A DNA stretch of 60,018 nucleotides. It comes from an uncultured Verrucomicrobiota bacterium. GTDB lineage: Bacteria > Verrucomicrobiota > Verrucomicrobiia > Palsa-1439. This document shows positions 31,494 through 41,918 of this stretch, one piece after another. Below the pieces are notes generated by a model. The model searched no databases. It saw nothing but the letters and a program-made list of their open reading frames with translations, and was not told where the DNA came from. Positions within the stretch are counted from its first letter, which is position 1; every line of letters starts with the position of its first letter. A program made the translations under genes and the position numbers. The stretch is taken from the NCBI GenBank assembly GCA_903825435.1, contig CAIKAP010000117.1:1-60018 (forward strand), read 5' to 3'.

Positions 31494-32444
31494 TCATTCC
31501 TTTCTTGCGATCACAATCGAGTTCATCCATTCATCCCGGCGCGCCAGCGTCACACCGAAAAAACCAGCCGCCTCCAAATCCTCCCGCAGCTCCGCCAGCG
31601 TGAACGTCCCGCCGCCTTCCGTCGCGACCAGCATGTTCACCGCGAACAGCGCGCCCGACACCGGCGCCGTCCGCGACCGCTCCATCACGATGTCGCGGAT
31701 CGCGATCCGTCCGCCCGGCACGAGCGCGCGGCGCGCTTTAGCGAACAACGCCCGGTTCTGCGCCCGCGAATTCTGGTGCACAATCGCGCTGACCCAAACC
31801 AAATCCGCGCCACTCGGCAACTTATCCCGGTAAAAATCCCCCGCCACAAATTTCACCGGCAATCCCGCCAACCGCCGACGCGCCAGCGGAATCACCGGCG
31901 ACAAATCGAACAGCGTCGCCGTCGCGCCCGGGTTCGCGCGCAGCAACGCCACCGTCCACGTGCCCGACCCGCCGCCGACATCCAGCAGCTTCCGGCATTT
32001 CAGTCCGCGAACCACGGCGTCGGCACACGCCTCGTTGATGACGTGCATCGCCCCGATGAACGACTCGCGGTCCCCCACGGCGCCCCGCACGCTCGGTTTT
32101 TGTTCCGGTTTTGTTCCGGACCGGACGGTACAAGCCAGTTCCGCCCACCGGCGCAGACAATTCGCCTGGTGCTGGAGCATCGGCAGAGTCTTCTGGACGC
32201 TCACCGCAACGTCGCGCGGCACGGCGTAACGGTCGCCGCGTTTCGACAACAACCGCAACGCCGCCAACGCGTCGAGCAGGATCGCCGTCGCGCGCACGTC
32301 GCACTTCAGCTTCCGCGCCACCTCGCGTGCCGTAAGCGGGCGCAGCGCGAGCGCGGCGAACACGTCGAGTTCCGCCGCCGCGCCGAGAACGCAGGCGGCC
32401 TGGTACTGGCGCATCATCAATTCGAGAATCGAGTCAGGGTTCAT
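31494..32444 (-). CDS. SAM-dependent O-methyltransferase (dimerisation domain + Methyltransf_2)
   Basis: AAAELDVF, LLDVGGGSG, ATLFDL, AGDF, SAIVH, ALVPGGRI. Confidence 0.92.
   Translation of the reverse strand: MNPDSILELMMRQYQAACVLGAAAELDVFAALALRPLTAREVARKLKCDVRATAILLDALAALRLLSKRGDRYAVPRDVAVSVQKTLPMLQHQANCLRRWAELACTVRSGTKPEQKPSVRGAVGDRESFIGAMHVINEACADAVVRGLKCRKLLDVGGGSGTWTVALLRANPGATATLFDLSPVIPLARRRLAGLPVKFVAGDFYRDKLPSGADLVWVSAIVHQNSRAQNRALFAKARRALVPGGRIAIRDIVMERSRTAPVSGALFAVNMLVATEGGGTFTLAELREDLEAAGFFGVTLARRDEWMNSIVIARKE
32101..32119 (+). repeat. 19-bp direct-repeat motif, copy 6 (perfect), inside the methyltransferase gene
   Basis: TGTTCCGGTTTTGTTCCGG; encodes S-G-T-K-P-E-Q. Confidence 0.9.
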
Positions 32445-33333
32445 TGATTACCTCCACGGGCGTGCCGATCTCCACCATCCGAGCGAGCCGCTCGGCGTTC
32501 CAGTTCGTCAACCGGAAACAACCGTGCGATTCCGTCCGCCCAATGTCTTCCGGGTGCGGCGTGCCGTGGATACCGTAGCCGGGCTTGTTCAACCCAATCC
32601 ACGCCATGCCGACCGGGTTGTTCGGCCCCGGCGAGATGACGAGCTTGCCGTAGCCTTTCTGCTGCGCGTCGAGTTCGGGGAAATTCACCGGGTCGAACGT
32701 GTAGTTCGGGTTCAACGCCACATTCGCGACCGCCAACGTGCCGACAGGCCGCTTCTCCTGTTTCGCCGCGATGGAACACGGGAAGTGCGCGATGACCCGG
32801 CCCTCGGCATCGAACGCCCGGATAATTTTCTGTCCGAGGAACACGCGCAGCGTCGCCGCCTTGCGCGGCAGCTTCGTGTCGGCGAGCGTGTTCGGCAGTT
32901 TCAACGACGCGCCCACCGCACAGTTCGTCACGTCCGGGTTCAACCGGCGCACGAGCGCCTCCTTGCAGTGGAACCGCTCGGCGAACAGTTCGACGACCGT
33001 CTCGCACGCCATGCGCGACAGCTTTGAGCGTTCGAGCCAGTCTTTCGGGAACGGCCCGAGCTGTACGAGATCGTCGGCGGTGACGGTGCAGTTGGTGTAG
33101 AGCATTTCCGGCGGAAGCTCGGCTGGGATGCAGGCACCGGTCAGTTCGCCGGTGGCGGGCATGTCGTTGGCGAGCTGCCACGCCATCACGGCGGCGCGCG
33201 TCTGCGGGCCGCCGCGTCCGTCAATTGCACCGGGTGAGAAGCCGAAGCGGTCGAGCGTGACCTGCAGGCTCAGCGTCGCGTCGTCAGCGCATACGACAGT
33301 GGCCAGCAAGAAAATGAACGACAACCAGCGCAT
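32434..33333 (-). CDS. L,D-transpeptidase (YkuD) with a peptidoglycan-binding domain
   Basis: LQVTLDRFGFSPGAIDG, PGPNNPVG, GYGIHGT...SHGCFRL. Confidence 0.93.
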   Translation of the reverse strand: MRWLSFIFLLATVVCADDATLSLQVTLDRFGFSPGAIDGRGGPQTRAAVMAWQLANDMPATGELTGACIPAELPPEMLYTNCTVTADDLVQLGPFPKDWLERSKLSRMACETVVELFAERFHCKEALVRRLNPDVTNCAVGASLKLPNTLADTKLPRKAATLRVFLGQKIIRAFDAEGRVIAHFPCSIAAKQEKRPVGTLAVANVALNPNYTFDPVNFPELDAQQKGYGKLVISPGPNNPVGMAWIGLNKPGYGIHGTPHPEDIGRTESHGCFRLTNWNAERLARMVEIGTPVEVINEP

Positions 33334-34343
33334 CAGGTCAACGACGGCGGGTTCGCCTTGTCGCCGCCCTCGATCTGGGCGAGCTTGGCATCGAGCTTGG
33401 TCAGTGATTTTTCCGAGTCAGCATAGGCGCCGGTGGCGTTGGTGAGGTGTTTGCCGACGAGCCGGAAGTTTTCCTCGAACCGCTCGAAGTCGCCGCGCAA
33501 CCGCTGGAGCGTGACGAGGATTTCGTTGGCGCGCAGCTCGACTTGCAGGCCGCGCAATCCGAGCAGGACCGTCTGGAGATACGCGTAGAAACTGTTCGGC
33601 GAGACCGGGATGACGCGCCGCTGGAGCGCGTAGCTGAACAGTTCGTGCTCTTCACCGGCGTCCTGCTTGATGATGGTCTCGTAGTAAACGTTCTCCGCCG
33701 GGACGTACATCAGCGCGAAGTCGTACGTCCCCTCGTCCGGCAGGATGTACTTCGTCGCGATGGCGTCCACGTGTTTGCGGACGTCCTTCAGGAATTGTTT
33801 GCGCGCGGCGGCGCGGTCGGCGTCATTGGCGGATTCAACGACCCGCCGGAAGTTTTCGTACGGGAACTTGGCGTCAACGGGGACGAGGCGTTCGCCGATG
33901 CAAATGGCGGCGTCCACTTTCTCGCCGCTCTTGAAGGCGTGCTGGAGCCGGTAATGTTCCGGCGGCAGGATCTGCGAGAGGAGATCGCCGAGAAAGAGTT
34001 CGCCCATGCCGCCGCGCAGTTTCGGCGCCCGCATGATATTCACCAACTCCGCCGCCGCTTTGCCAACCTCGTGGATCTGGCCGACTTTCTCGCGGAGATC
34101 GCCGACGACCTTCGCGGCATTGTCGAGACGCGTATTCATCGAGGATGTGGATTGCTGGAGATTTTCCGCAACGGTTTGGCCGAAGGCGTCGATCCGCTGC
34201 TGGAGCGCACTGAGCTGCTGCTGCATTATCAACAGCGATTGGTCTGGTGTTTGAGATCTGTTCCGCTCGCGCAGGAACACCACCAGCACCACCACAACCA
34301 CAGCAAGCGTCAGCACACTAAGAACAATGGCAACAACTTCCAT
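33333..34343 (-). CDS. rmuC: DNA recombination protein RmuC
   Basis: N-terminal TM and coiled coil, PKLRGGMGE, VDAKFP, IATKYI, TYDFALMYVPAE, VSPNS. Confidence 0.92.
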   Translation of the reverse strand: MEVVAIVLSVLTLAVVVVVLVVFLRERNRSQTPDQSLLIMQQQLSALQQRIDAFGQTVAENLQQSTSSMNTRLDNAAKVVGDLREKVGQIHEVGKAAAELVNIMRAPKLRGGMGELFLGDLLSQILPPEHYRLQHAFKSGEKVDAAICIGERLVPVDAKFPYENFRRVVESANDADRAAARKQFLKDVRKHVDAIATKYILPDEGTYDFALMYVPAENVYYETIIKQDAGEEHELFSYALQRRVIPVSPNSFYAYLQTVLLGLRGLQVELRANEILVTLQRLRGDFERFEENFRLVGKHLTNATGAYADSEKSLTKLDAKLAQIEGGDKANPPSLT

Positions 34344-34401
34344 GACGGCGAGCCTAGCAGCTTGTCGCTTAGCCTGCCAGCCGTTTTATGCAACTCACAA
34401 G

Positions 34402-35343
34402 CTACGGTGACTGCATGTTGGCGCTCTGATCCTTCTTCTCCGGCCAGATGAGCGAGGCGACAACGCTCAGCGTGAGCAGGACGGCCACGACGCCGAGCGC
34501 AATGATGGTAGGGATTTCGCACCAATGGCCAAGAATCATCTTGGCGCCGACGAAAACGAGTATCGCCGACAGACCGTAATGGAGGTGGTGAAACAGGTTC
34601 ATCACACCCACCAACGCGAAGTACAGCGAGCGCAGGCCAAGGATGGCGAAAATGTTCGATGTGTACACAATGAACGGGTCGCGCGTTATCGCCAGCACGG
34701 CTGGGATGGAGTCCACGGCGAAGATGAGGTCGGTGGTTTCTGCCACCAACAAGACCACGAAGAGCGGCGTCGCGAATCGTCGGCCTTCCAGCCGCACGAA
34801 AAAGCTTTTGCCGTGGTAGTCCTTCGTCACTGGGTAAAACCGGCGAAATAATTTCAGGACTGGATTGGATTCCGGGTGGATGTCCTCGTCTTTCTTGAAC
34901 GCCATCTTGACGCCGCTGTAAACGAGCACCGCCCCGAAGATGTAGATGATCCAGTGGAACCGGTTGATCAACGCCACGCCCGCCACGATGAAAATCAGCC
35001 GCATGACCACTGCGCCGAGGATGCCCCAGAACAGGACGTCGTGCTGGTGCTGCTTCGGCACGCGGAAGAAGGAGAACAGCAGTAGGAACACAAACAGGTT
35101 ATCCACGCTGAGCGATTCCTCGATGACGTAGCCGGTGAGGAATTCCAGCGCCGGTTGGCGTCCGCGAAGCAACGCGATCAACCCCATGAATCCGAGTGCC
35201 AGTCCGATCCAGATCCCGCTCCACGCCAGCGCCTCCTTGAACTTGATCTCGCGCGACTGACGGTGAAACACGCCGAGGTCGAGTGCCATCACGCCGACCA
35301 CGACCACGCCGAAGATTGTCCACAGCCACGCGTCGTTGCTCAT
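34402..35343 (-). CDS. TerC/Alx family metal-homeostasis membrane protein
   Basis: ALDLGVFHR, YVIEESLSVDNLFVF, ETTDLIFAVDSIPA, TSNIFAILGLRSLYF. Confidence 0.95.
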   Translation of the reverse strand: MSNDAWLWTIFGVVVVGVMALDLGVFHRQSREIKFKEALAWSGIWIGLALGFMGLIALLRGRQPALEFLTGYVIEESLSVDNLFVFLLLFSFFRVPKQHQHDVLFWGILGAVVMRLIFIVAGVALINRFHWIIYIFGAVLVYSGVKMAFKKDEDIHPESNPVLKLFRRFYPVTKDYHGKSFFVRLEGRRFATPLFVVLLVAETTDLIFAVDSIPAVLAITRDPFIVYTSNIFAILGLRSLYFALVGVMNLFHHLHYGLSAILVFVGAKMILGHWCEIPTIIALGVVAVLLTLSVVASLIWPEKKDQSANMQSP

Positions 35344-35429
35344 GTGCGGCGGCATTCTGCTGGCTCCGCCGCACTGCGTCAACTTCAACCGGCTGGCATT
35401 GTCGCACCGCCTTTGGTAATCTTCCTGCT

Positions 35430-36377
35430 ATGAAACGCGTGTTGCTAGTCATCCTGTTGCTCAGTGCTGTCGGAGGCGCTTATTGGTTGCTCACCCGGAA
35501 CACGCCCGGAACACAAGTTGTGTCGGGCACCATCGAGACCGACGAGGCACACGTCGCATCGCGCTATGGTGGACGCGTCGTCGCGCTGTACGCACAGGAA
35601 GGTGACTCGCTAACCAACGGTCAACCCATCGCCGACCTCGACGCTGCCGAACTGCAAACGCAGCGAGCCCAGGCCGACGCAGCGTTGCTGGAGTTGGTGA
35701 ACGGGCCGCGCACCAACGAGATCGCCTCCGCCCGCCACGATTGGGAATCGGTACAAGCCGACTTGGCGCTCGCCATCACGGAGTCGAAACGAGCGGTCGA
35801 ATTGTTCGAGAAAAATGTGATCCCGGTTGAGGATCGCGACCGCGCTGTCTCTCGTGTCCAGACCCTCGAAGCGCGCGTCAGCGGCGCAAAGGCGCACTTG
35901 GACCTATTGATCGAGGGGACGCGGCAAGAGACCATCGCCAACGCGCGGGCCCGTCTCGCTGAGATTGACACGAGGCTGCGCGAGATGCTCGTTATCGCAC
36001 CGGGCAATTGTTCGCTGGAAGTGCTCAGCGTGAAAGTCGGCGACGTGTTGCCACCCAACCGAGAGGTGGCGACATTGCTGATCACCGGCCATCTCTGGGT
36101 GCGCGTCTACGTGCCGGAGTTGTGGCTCAGCCACATCAAGATCGGCGACAAGGCTCGCATCCACGCCGACGGACACGACCGCGAGTTTCAAAGCGTCGTC
36201 GAACAAATTAACCGCCAAGCCGAGTTTACGCCGCGCAACGCCCAAACCGTCGAGGACCGTGTCCGTCAGATGTTCGGCGTGAAGATCCGCCTGCCGAGCG
36301 ACACCGGCGTCTTGAAAGCCGGCATGAGTGTGGACGTTGCGTTTGCTAACGTCCCACCGCCGCCATCACCGAAATGA
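35430..36377 (+). CDS. HlyD-family membrane-fusion protein
   Basis: N-terminal TM, SGTIE, EGD, coiled coil, WVRVYVPE, AEFTPRNAQT, LKAGM. Confidence 0.92.
   Translation: MKRVLLVILLLSAVGGAYWLLTRNTPGTQVVSGTIETDEAHVASRYGGRVVALYAQEGDSLTNGQPIADLDAAELQTQRAQADAALLELVNGPRTNEIASARHDWESVQADLALAITESKRAVELFEKNVIPVEDRDRAVSRVQTLEARVSGAKAHLDLLIEGTRQETIANARARLAEIDTRLREMLVIAPGNCSLEVLSVKVGDVLPPNREVATLLITGHLWVRVYVPELWLSHIKIGDKARIHADGHDREFQSVVEQINRQAEFTPRNAQTVEDRVRQMFGVKIRLPSDTGVLKAGMSVDVAFANVPPPPSPK
35495..35513 (-). repeat. 19-bp direct-repeat motif, copy 7 (both 8-mers perfect, different spacer), inside the HlyD gene
   Basis: CCGGAACA-CGC-CCGGAACA on + strand. Confidence 0.75.
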
Positions 36378-36388
36378 AAGGAAGAAAC

Positions 36389-36739
36389 ATGAGCAAGTGT
36401 ACCCATAAATCGAATTCCGCGGGCAATATCATCGGCAGGGCTATTGCACTTACGTCGTTGGTTGAGTATCAGGCTGGCGCGATTGTTAGCCGTGAGGTGT
36501 TGCGGAAACAAACCGGCACGGTCACGACGTTCGCATTCGACGAAGGCCAGGCTCTCAGCGAACACACCGCACCGTTTGACGCGATGGTCTGCGTGCTCGA
36601 AGGCGAAGGCGAAATCTTCATCGAAGGCAAACCGCACCAAGTCGGTGCCGGGCAGATGATCATCATGCCGGCGAACAAGCCGCATGCCGTCAAGGCCGTT
36701 AGCCGTTTCAAGATGATGCTCGTGATGATCCGTTCGTGA
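36389..36739 (+). CDS. Cupin-domain protein
   Basis: [36 protein letters not shown]. Confidence 0.9.
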   Translation: MSKCTHKSNSAGNIIGRAIALTSLVEYQAGAIVSREVLRKQTGTVTTFAFDEGQALSEHTAPFDAMVCVLEGEGEIFIEGKPHQVGAGQMIIMPANKPHAVKAVSRFKMMLVMIRS

Positions 36740-37688
36740 ACGCGCCCGACATCATGATTGAGGTTGAGCGTCTCACGAAACGTTTTGGTCCGGTCACGGC
36801 GGTGGACCATGTCAGTTTCACCGTCGCGCGACGTTCCATCTTCGGCTTTCTTGGCCCGAACGGCTCCGGTAAAACCACCGTCATACGGATGCTGTGCGGC
36901 CTGCTCGAGCCGAGCGACGGCGCGGGCCGGATTGCCGGTTCGACGTGGCGCGGGAGACCGACAAGATCAAGGGCACCATTGGCTACATGTCGCAGAAGTT
37001 TTCGTTGTACGACGAACTGACGGTGGACGAAAACCTACTCTTCTACGGACGCCTCTACGGCCTGCGCGGCGACGCACTGAAGAAACGCCGCGAGGAACTC
37101 ATCGCGCTCACCCACCTCGAACCGTACCTCGAACGCCGCGCCGCGCTACTCTCCGGCGGCTGGCGTCAACGGCTCGCGATGGCGTGTGCGCTCGTCCATA
37201 AACCAATCGTGCTCTTCCTCGACGAACCGACCGCGGGCATTGACCCGGTGGCACGACGCGAGTTGTGGGATTTATTGTTCGAGCTTTCCAGCAATGGCGT
37301 GACGTTGTTTGTGACGACACATTACATGGACGAGGCGGAACGTTGCTCGCACGTCGGCTACATTGACATGTCGAAGCTGATTGTCTGCGGCGCACCAGAC
37401 GACTTGAAACAATTGCCGGAAGTGAATCCGCCGGGCACAAAACGGCTTGACGTGACTTGCGACCATGTCACCATCGCCCTACAAACCGTGCGCAAGCTCC
37501 CCGGCATCCGCAACGCGACCGTGTTCGGCCAGTCCATGCATCTGCTCGTCGAGGCGCGCCTGCCGGAGCAGGCAATCCGCGATGCGCTCGCGTCGCTCGG
37601 CATTCACGAAATCGACATCCGTCACATCGCTCCGTCGTTGGAGGATGCGTTCGTCGCATTGACGGCGCGCAACGGAGGACAGAACTGA
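36736..37688 (+). pseudogene. ABC transporter ATP-binding subunit with a 1-nt frameshift near 36940
   Basis: Walker [10 protein letters not shown] in ORF 36736..37020; LSGGWRQ, LFLDEPT and TTHYMDEAE in ORF 36894..37688; adding one T at GGTTCGAC restores IAGFDV. Confidence 0.85.
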
Positions 37689-38809
37689 TGACGAATCCAT
37701 TTCGCGGTTTCCGCGCCATCCTGTTCAAGGAATTCCTTGTCGTGTTCCGCGACAAGATGACGCTGTTCCTCATGTTCTTTCCGCCACTGTTGCAGATTAT
37801 CGCGTTCGGGTACGCGCTGGACACCGACGTGAAAAACATGCGGATGGTCGTGCTCAACGAGGACCGCACAACGGAGAGCCGCCAGCTTATTGATGCGTTC
37901 GTCAACACCGGCAGCTTCCGCGTCGCCAAGGAAGTCCGGAGCGTCGCCGAACTGGAAACTGCCGTGCGCCGTGGTGAAGCCTACATCGGCCTGCAAATCC
38001 CGCCGGATTTCACGCGCAAACTGCACGAAGGCCAGAAGGCGACGGTACAGGCGATTATTGACGGCTCCAACTCAACGACGGCATTGCAAGCGTTGAACAC
38101 GGCGATGGGCGTCGCGTTCAGCCGTTCCATCGGCGTGCTGCTGGCGGAGACAGGACGACGTGAACTGCCGGTCGAAGTGCGACCGCAGATGCTCTACAAC
38201 CCTTCGATGCGGGCGCCGAATTTCTTCGTGCCGGGCGTGATCGGGATGGCATTGCAGATCGCGACGGTGTTCGCCGTGGCGATGGCCATCGTACGCGAAC
38301 GCGAACGCGGGACGCTGGAGAACCTTCTTATCAGCCCGTTGTCGCGCTGGGGACTCATGCTCGGCAAGATGACGCCATACCTGTGTATCTCAATGACGAT
38401 GGCGACGCTGCTGTTTACGATTCTACGGTGGGTATTTTATGTGCCAATTGCTGGTAGCCTAGTGGCGTTATTCTTGGCGGCGTTCCTGTATGTGTTCGCG
38501 CTGGCCAGCCTAGGACTGCTTGTCTCGACCAAGGCACACTCGCAAAACGAGGCGATGCAGATGACCATGACGGTTCTTTTACCATCGATCTTCTTCAGTG
38601 GTTTCATCTTCCCGCGCGAAACGATGCCGTGGCCATTCTACGCTATCGGCACAGTTTTACCGGCGACGTATTTCATCGATCTGATGCGGGCAATCATCCT
38701 ACGTGGTGCGACGTTCGCTGATTTCGGAACACAACTATTGATTCTCAGCGTGATGGGCGTGGTGTTGTTTACGTTGTGTGCGTTGCGGTTCAAACAAAGA
38801 ATCGCATGA
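37688..38809 (+). CDS. ABC-2 type transporter permease
   Basis: KEFLVVFRD, FGYA, YNP, FVPG, IVRERERGTLENL, FSGFIFP, PATYF. Confidence 0.93.
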   Translation: MTNPFRGFRAILFKEFLVVFRDKMTLFLMFFPPLLQIIAFGYALDTDVKNMRMVVLNEDRTTESRQLIDAFVNTGSFRVAKEVRSVAELETAVRRGEAYIGLQIPPDFTRKLHEGQKATVQAIIDGSNSTTALQALNTAMGVAFSRSIGVLLAETGRRELPVEVRPQMLYNPSMRAPNFFVPGVIGMALQIATVFAVAMAIVRERERGTLENLLISPLSRWGLMLGKMTPYLCISMTMATLLFTILRWVFYVPIAGSLVALFLAAFLYVFALASLGLLVSTKAHSQNEAMQMTMTVLLPSIFFSGFIFPRETMPWPFYAIGTVLPATYFIDLMRAIILRGATFADFGTQLLILSVMGVVLFTLCALRFKQRIA

Positions 38810-39484
38810 GAGAGGGGATCAGCGACAATCTCATTTCGACAACCGATTCCGCAGGATAACGAGTATCACCACTTCGCGGACACACGAACATGGCTCGGCA
38901 CGCCGAACGCATCGGATGTTTGGTCAAACTTGCCGTTTGTTGTGATCGGCATAGTCGGATTGCTGTGGCTGGCGCGGCGACCAATGCCGCAACGTTGGAT
39001 GTGGACGACGTTTTTCGCGGGCGTGACGCTGGTCGGATTCGGCTCGGCTTACTACCACCTGAATCCCTGCGATGCGACGCTGGTCTGGGACCGGTTGCCG
39101 ATGACGATTGCGTTCATGTCGTTCTTCGCCGCGCTGATTGCGGAGCGGTGTAACGAGCGCGTCGCGACGTGGTTGTTCGCGCCGCTGCTGGCGTTCGGCA
39201 TCGGCAGCGTGATGTACTGGTATTATACGAATGACTTGCGCTGGTACGCGCTGGTACAATTCGGGCCGATGTTGGTGATCCCGATCCTGCTGCTGGCGCG
39301 ACCGTCGCGCTATTTGCGCACGAGCAATGTTTGGATCGTGCTCGCTTGGTACGAGGCGGCAAAAGTCCTGGAGCGCGCGGACGCCGTCGTCTTTTCGTTG
39401 AGCGGCGGCGTAAGCGGTCACACGTTGAAACATTTTGCCGCGGCGGCCGGTTGCGGCTGGGTGCTGCGAATGTTGTCGAGGTAA
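38810..39484 (+). CDS. Ceramidase-like (CREST superfamily) membrane protein lacking an obvious start; possibly 5'-truncated
   Basis: In-frame PIPQDNEYHHFADTR...PNASDVWSNLPF lies upstream of the first TTG; GSAYYH, LVWDRLPM, SGHTLKH motifs. Confidence 0.7.
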   Translation, partial: ERGSATISFRQPIPQDNEYHHFADTRTWLGTPNASDVWSNLPFVVIGIVGLLWLARRPMPQRWMWTTFFAGVTLVGFGSAYYHLNPCDATLVWDRLPMTIAFMSFFAALIAERCNERVATWLFAPLLAFGIGSVMYWYYTNDLRWYALVQFGPMLVIPILLLARPSRYLRTSNVWIVLAWYEAAKVLERADAVVFSLSGGVSGHTLKHFAAAAGCGWVLRMLSR

Positions 39485-39519
39485 TTGACAGAAAACCAAC
39501 TGAAAGGAAGTTATAGAAT

Positions 39520-40605
39520 ATGAAAGAGACGAATAAACACAAAGGTCCGTGGCTGCACCGGCTTGGAATCGGCGTACTGACGGTGGCGCTGACGCTGCTG
39601 GCGTTCTGGTTGCTCGACTTCGTGATGGACGACATCGGCACGCTGCGCGGGCCGCAGTTCGAGGACACGGCAAAGAAGTTCGTCAGCCAGTCGTTGCTCG
39701 ACGAGGCGAAAGGCGTTGACCGTCAGCTTGCCGACATCGGACGACAGATCTCCGACCAGAAGGAACGACAACGGTTGTTACGCGACAGCACCAGCGGTTT
39801 CCAGCGGACGATGAATCAACTGCTCGACATGCAGCGCACGCGCTTGGAGAAAGGCGTTGCGCTACCAGAAGCGCAACAGAAGGCGTTGTCCGACAGCGTC
39901 GAGCTGTTTCTCGCCAACCAGAAACGCGACCAGGAGTTGACCGAGGACATCACCAAGCTCAGCGAACGGCAACGCTCGCTCCAAGCCGAGAAGCGCACGC
40001 TCGACGAGAAGATAGAGGCCCAGCGCGAGGTTGCCCGCAAAGACTGGAAACGTCTCGACCGCCGGCATGAGTTGAAGCTCGCGTGCTTGAAACTACTGGT
40101 GTTGTTGCCGTTGCTGGCCGCAGCGAGCTGGCTCTTCCTGAAGAAGCGCGGCACCATGTACGCCCAGCTGATCTACGCTACCGGTAGTGCGGTGTTATGG
40201 CAGACCGTTCTCGTGATTCACCAGCATTTCCCGACGCGCTATTTCAAGTACATCATCCTCTCCGCCGCCATCGGGATCGTGATCTACCTGCTCGCGCTGT
40301 TGCTGCGCATGATTCGGTTCCCCAAGGCGAACGTGTTGCTGAAACAGTACCGCGAATCCTATGAGCACTTCTTTTGTCCCGTCTGCGAGTACCCGATCCG
40401 ACGCGGCCCGATGCGCTTCCTCGCATGGACGCGCCGCAGCGTCCGAAAACTGACACCAGCCGCCACAGAAACCGACATGCCGTACACTTGTCCAGCTTGC
40501 GGGACGGCGCTGTACGAACATTGCACTTCTTGCAAGGAAGTGCGCCACTCGCTGTTACCGCACTGCGAACATTGCGGTGCGGAGAAACCTGTCACAGGAG
40601 CCTAA
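39520..40605 (+). CDS. Hypothetical membrane protein with a coiled coil and C-terminal zinc ribbons
   Basis: TM, coiled coil, 3 TM, then CPVC, CPAC, CTSC, CEHC. Confidence 0.85.
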   Translation: MKETNKHKGPWLHRLGIGVLTVALTLLAFWLLDFVMDDIGTLRGPQFEDTAKKFVSQSLLDEAKGVDRQLADIGRQISDQKERQRLLRDSTSGFQRTMNQLLDMQRTRLEKGVALPEAQQKALSDSVELFLANQKRDQELTEDITKLSERQRSLQAEKRTLDEKIEAQREVARKDWKRLDRRHELKLACLKLLVLLPLLAAASWLFLKKRGTMYAQLIYATGSAVLWQTVLVIHQHFPTRYFKYIILSAAIGIVIYLLALLLRMIRFPKANVLLKQYRESYEHFFCPVCEYPIRRGPMRFLAWTRRSVRKLTPAATETDMPYTCPACGTALYEHCTSCKEVRHSLLPHCEHCGAEKPVTGA

Positions 40606-40607
40606 CC

Positions 40608-41918
40608 ATGAACCGACGACAACTTCACTGGCTGTACCAGGAACTGCCGAACCTCGTAAGTTCCGGTATTGTTCCGGCCGAAACTGCAGACCGAATCCGC
40701 AAACACTATGGCGACATTGACGCGCAAGGCAGCGGCCGGCACTGGCTCATCATTCTGTTCGCGATCATCGGCGCGGCGTTGATTGGTGGCGGGATCATCC
40801 TGCTGCTGGCACACAACTGGGATGAGATGTCGCGTCCCGCGCGCGCGGCGATCTCGCTGGCACCGATGCTGATCACGCAGGCGCTCGCGGCATGGGTGTT
40901 GTGGACGCGCGCCGAGAGCACGGCTTGGCGCGAAGGTGTCGGGACATCGTTGACACTGGCAATTGGGACTTCAATCGCGCTGATCTCGCAGACGTACAAC
41001 CTCGGCGGGACATTCCCGCAGTTCATGTTGGTGTGGACGCTGCTGGCGTTACCAGTGGCGTACCTGCTGCGGGCAACGTTGCCGTCGCTTTTGTACCTGA
41101 TCGGCGTGACGGTGTGGAGCGGTTCGGTGATGAACGAAGGCTCAAAGTCGCTCTGGTTCTGGCCGCTGGTGGCGTTGGCGTTGCCGTACCTGTGGATGGT
41201 GGCGAAAGAGAACCGTTATCACCCGCGGCCATTGCTGTTCTGCTGGGTGTTGAGCATCGTCGGCGCAATCGGGACCGGGTTCGGCGCACACAGGCTGCTG
41301 GACGAGCATTCATGGTGGATCGTGTTGTTCGCCGGGTTGTACGCGGTGTGGTGGCTGGTCGGGTCGCGCTGGTACGGCGAGGCGGCAAGTGTGTTGCAGC
41401 GTCCGTTCCAGATTATCGGAGGACTGGGGCTGTGGGTATTGTCGCTGGTGCTGACGTTCTCGGATCCGTGGCGTGCGCTCGGTCATCCCTTTTGGTACTC
41501 AGGCCCTTGGATGCAAACAGCCGAGTGGACGGCGGCTCTGGCGTGGCCCGTCGTTGCCATCGCGCTGTGGGTCGCGGCGTGGCGACGGCGCGAGACGTCG
41601 GAGCTGTTGCTAGGTGCGATACCGGTGTTCACCGTGATTGGGCAGGCGTTGGCCGCTCATAACCACGAAGTGACGGCGGCAGTCGTGTTCAATGTTTATG
41701 TGCTGGTGGTGGCCGTTGCGCTAATCACCAGCGGCGTGAAGGAACGGCGGTTGGGCGTGATCAACGCCGGGATGCTGCTGTTGTCGGCCCTGATTCTGTG
41801 CCGGTTCTTTGACGCGGACCTTGGATTCGTGGCTCGCGGGGTGGCCTTCATCGCGCTAGGAACCGGATTCCTCGTCACCAACCTCGTCCTGCTGCGGCGG
41901 AAAGGAGCGGCGCAATGA
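40608..41918 (+). CDS. DUF2157-type multi-pass membrane protein
   Basis: IGAALIGGGIILLLAHNWDEM, IALISQTYNL, CRFFD. Confidence 0.85.
   Translation: MNRRQLHWLYQELPNLVSSGIVPAETADRIRKHYGDIDAQGSGRHWLIILFAIIGAALIGGGIILLLAHNWDEMSRPARAAISLAPMLITQALAAWVLWTRAESTAWREGVGTSLTLAIGTSIALISQTYNLGGTFPQFMLVWTLLALPVAYLLRATLPSLLYLIGVTVWSGSVMNEGSKSLWFWPLVALALPYLWMVAKENRYHPRPLLFCWVLSIVGAIGTGFGAHRLLDEHSWWIVLFAGLYAVWWLVGSRWYGEAASVLQRPFQIIGGLGLWVLSLVLTFSDPWRALGHPFWYSGPWMQTAEWTAALAWPVVAIALWVAAWRRRETSELLLGAIPVFTVIGQALAAHNHEVTAAVVFNVYVLVVAVALITSGVKERRLGVINAGMLLLSALILCRFFDADLGFVARGVAFIALGTGFLVTNLVLLRRKGAAQ
40659..40677 (+). repeat. 19-bp direct-repeat motif, copy 8 (2 mismatches), inside the DUF2157 gene
   Basis: AGTTCCGG-TAT-TGTTCCGG. 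Confidence 0.7.

Noticed and set aside
35344-35429. yybP-ykoY riboswitch upstream of terC
   Set aside because: Only 86 bp, mostly occupied by two divergent promoter-like sequences; no aptamer pattern recognised
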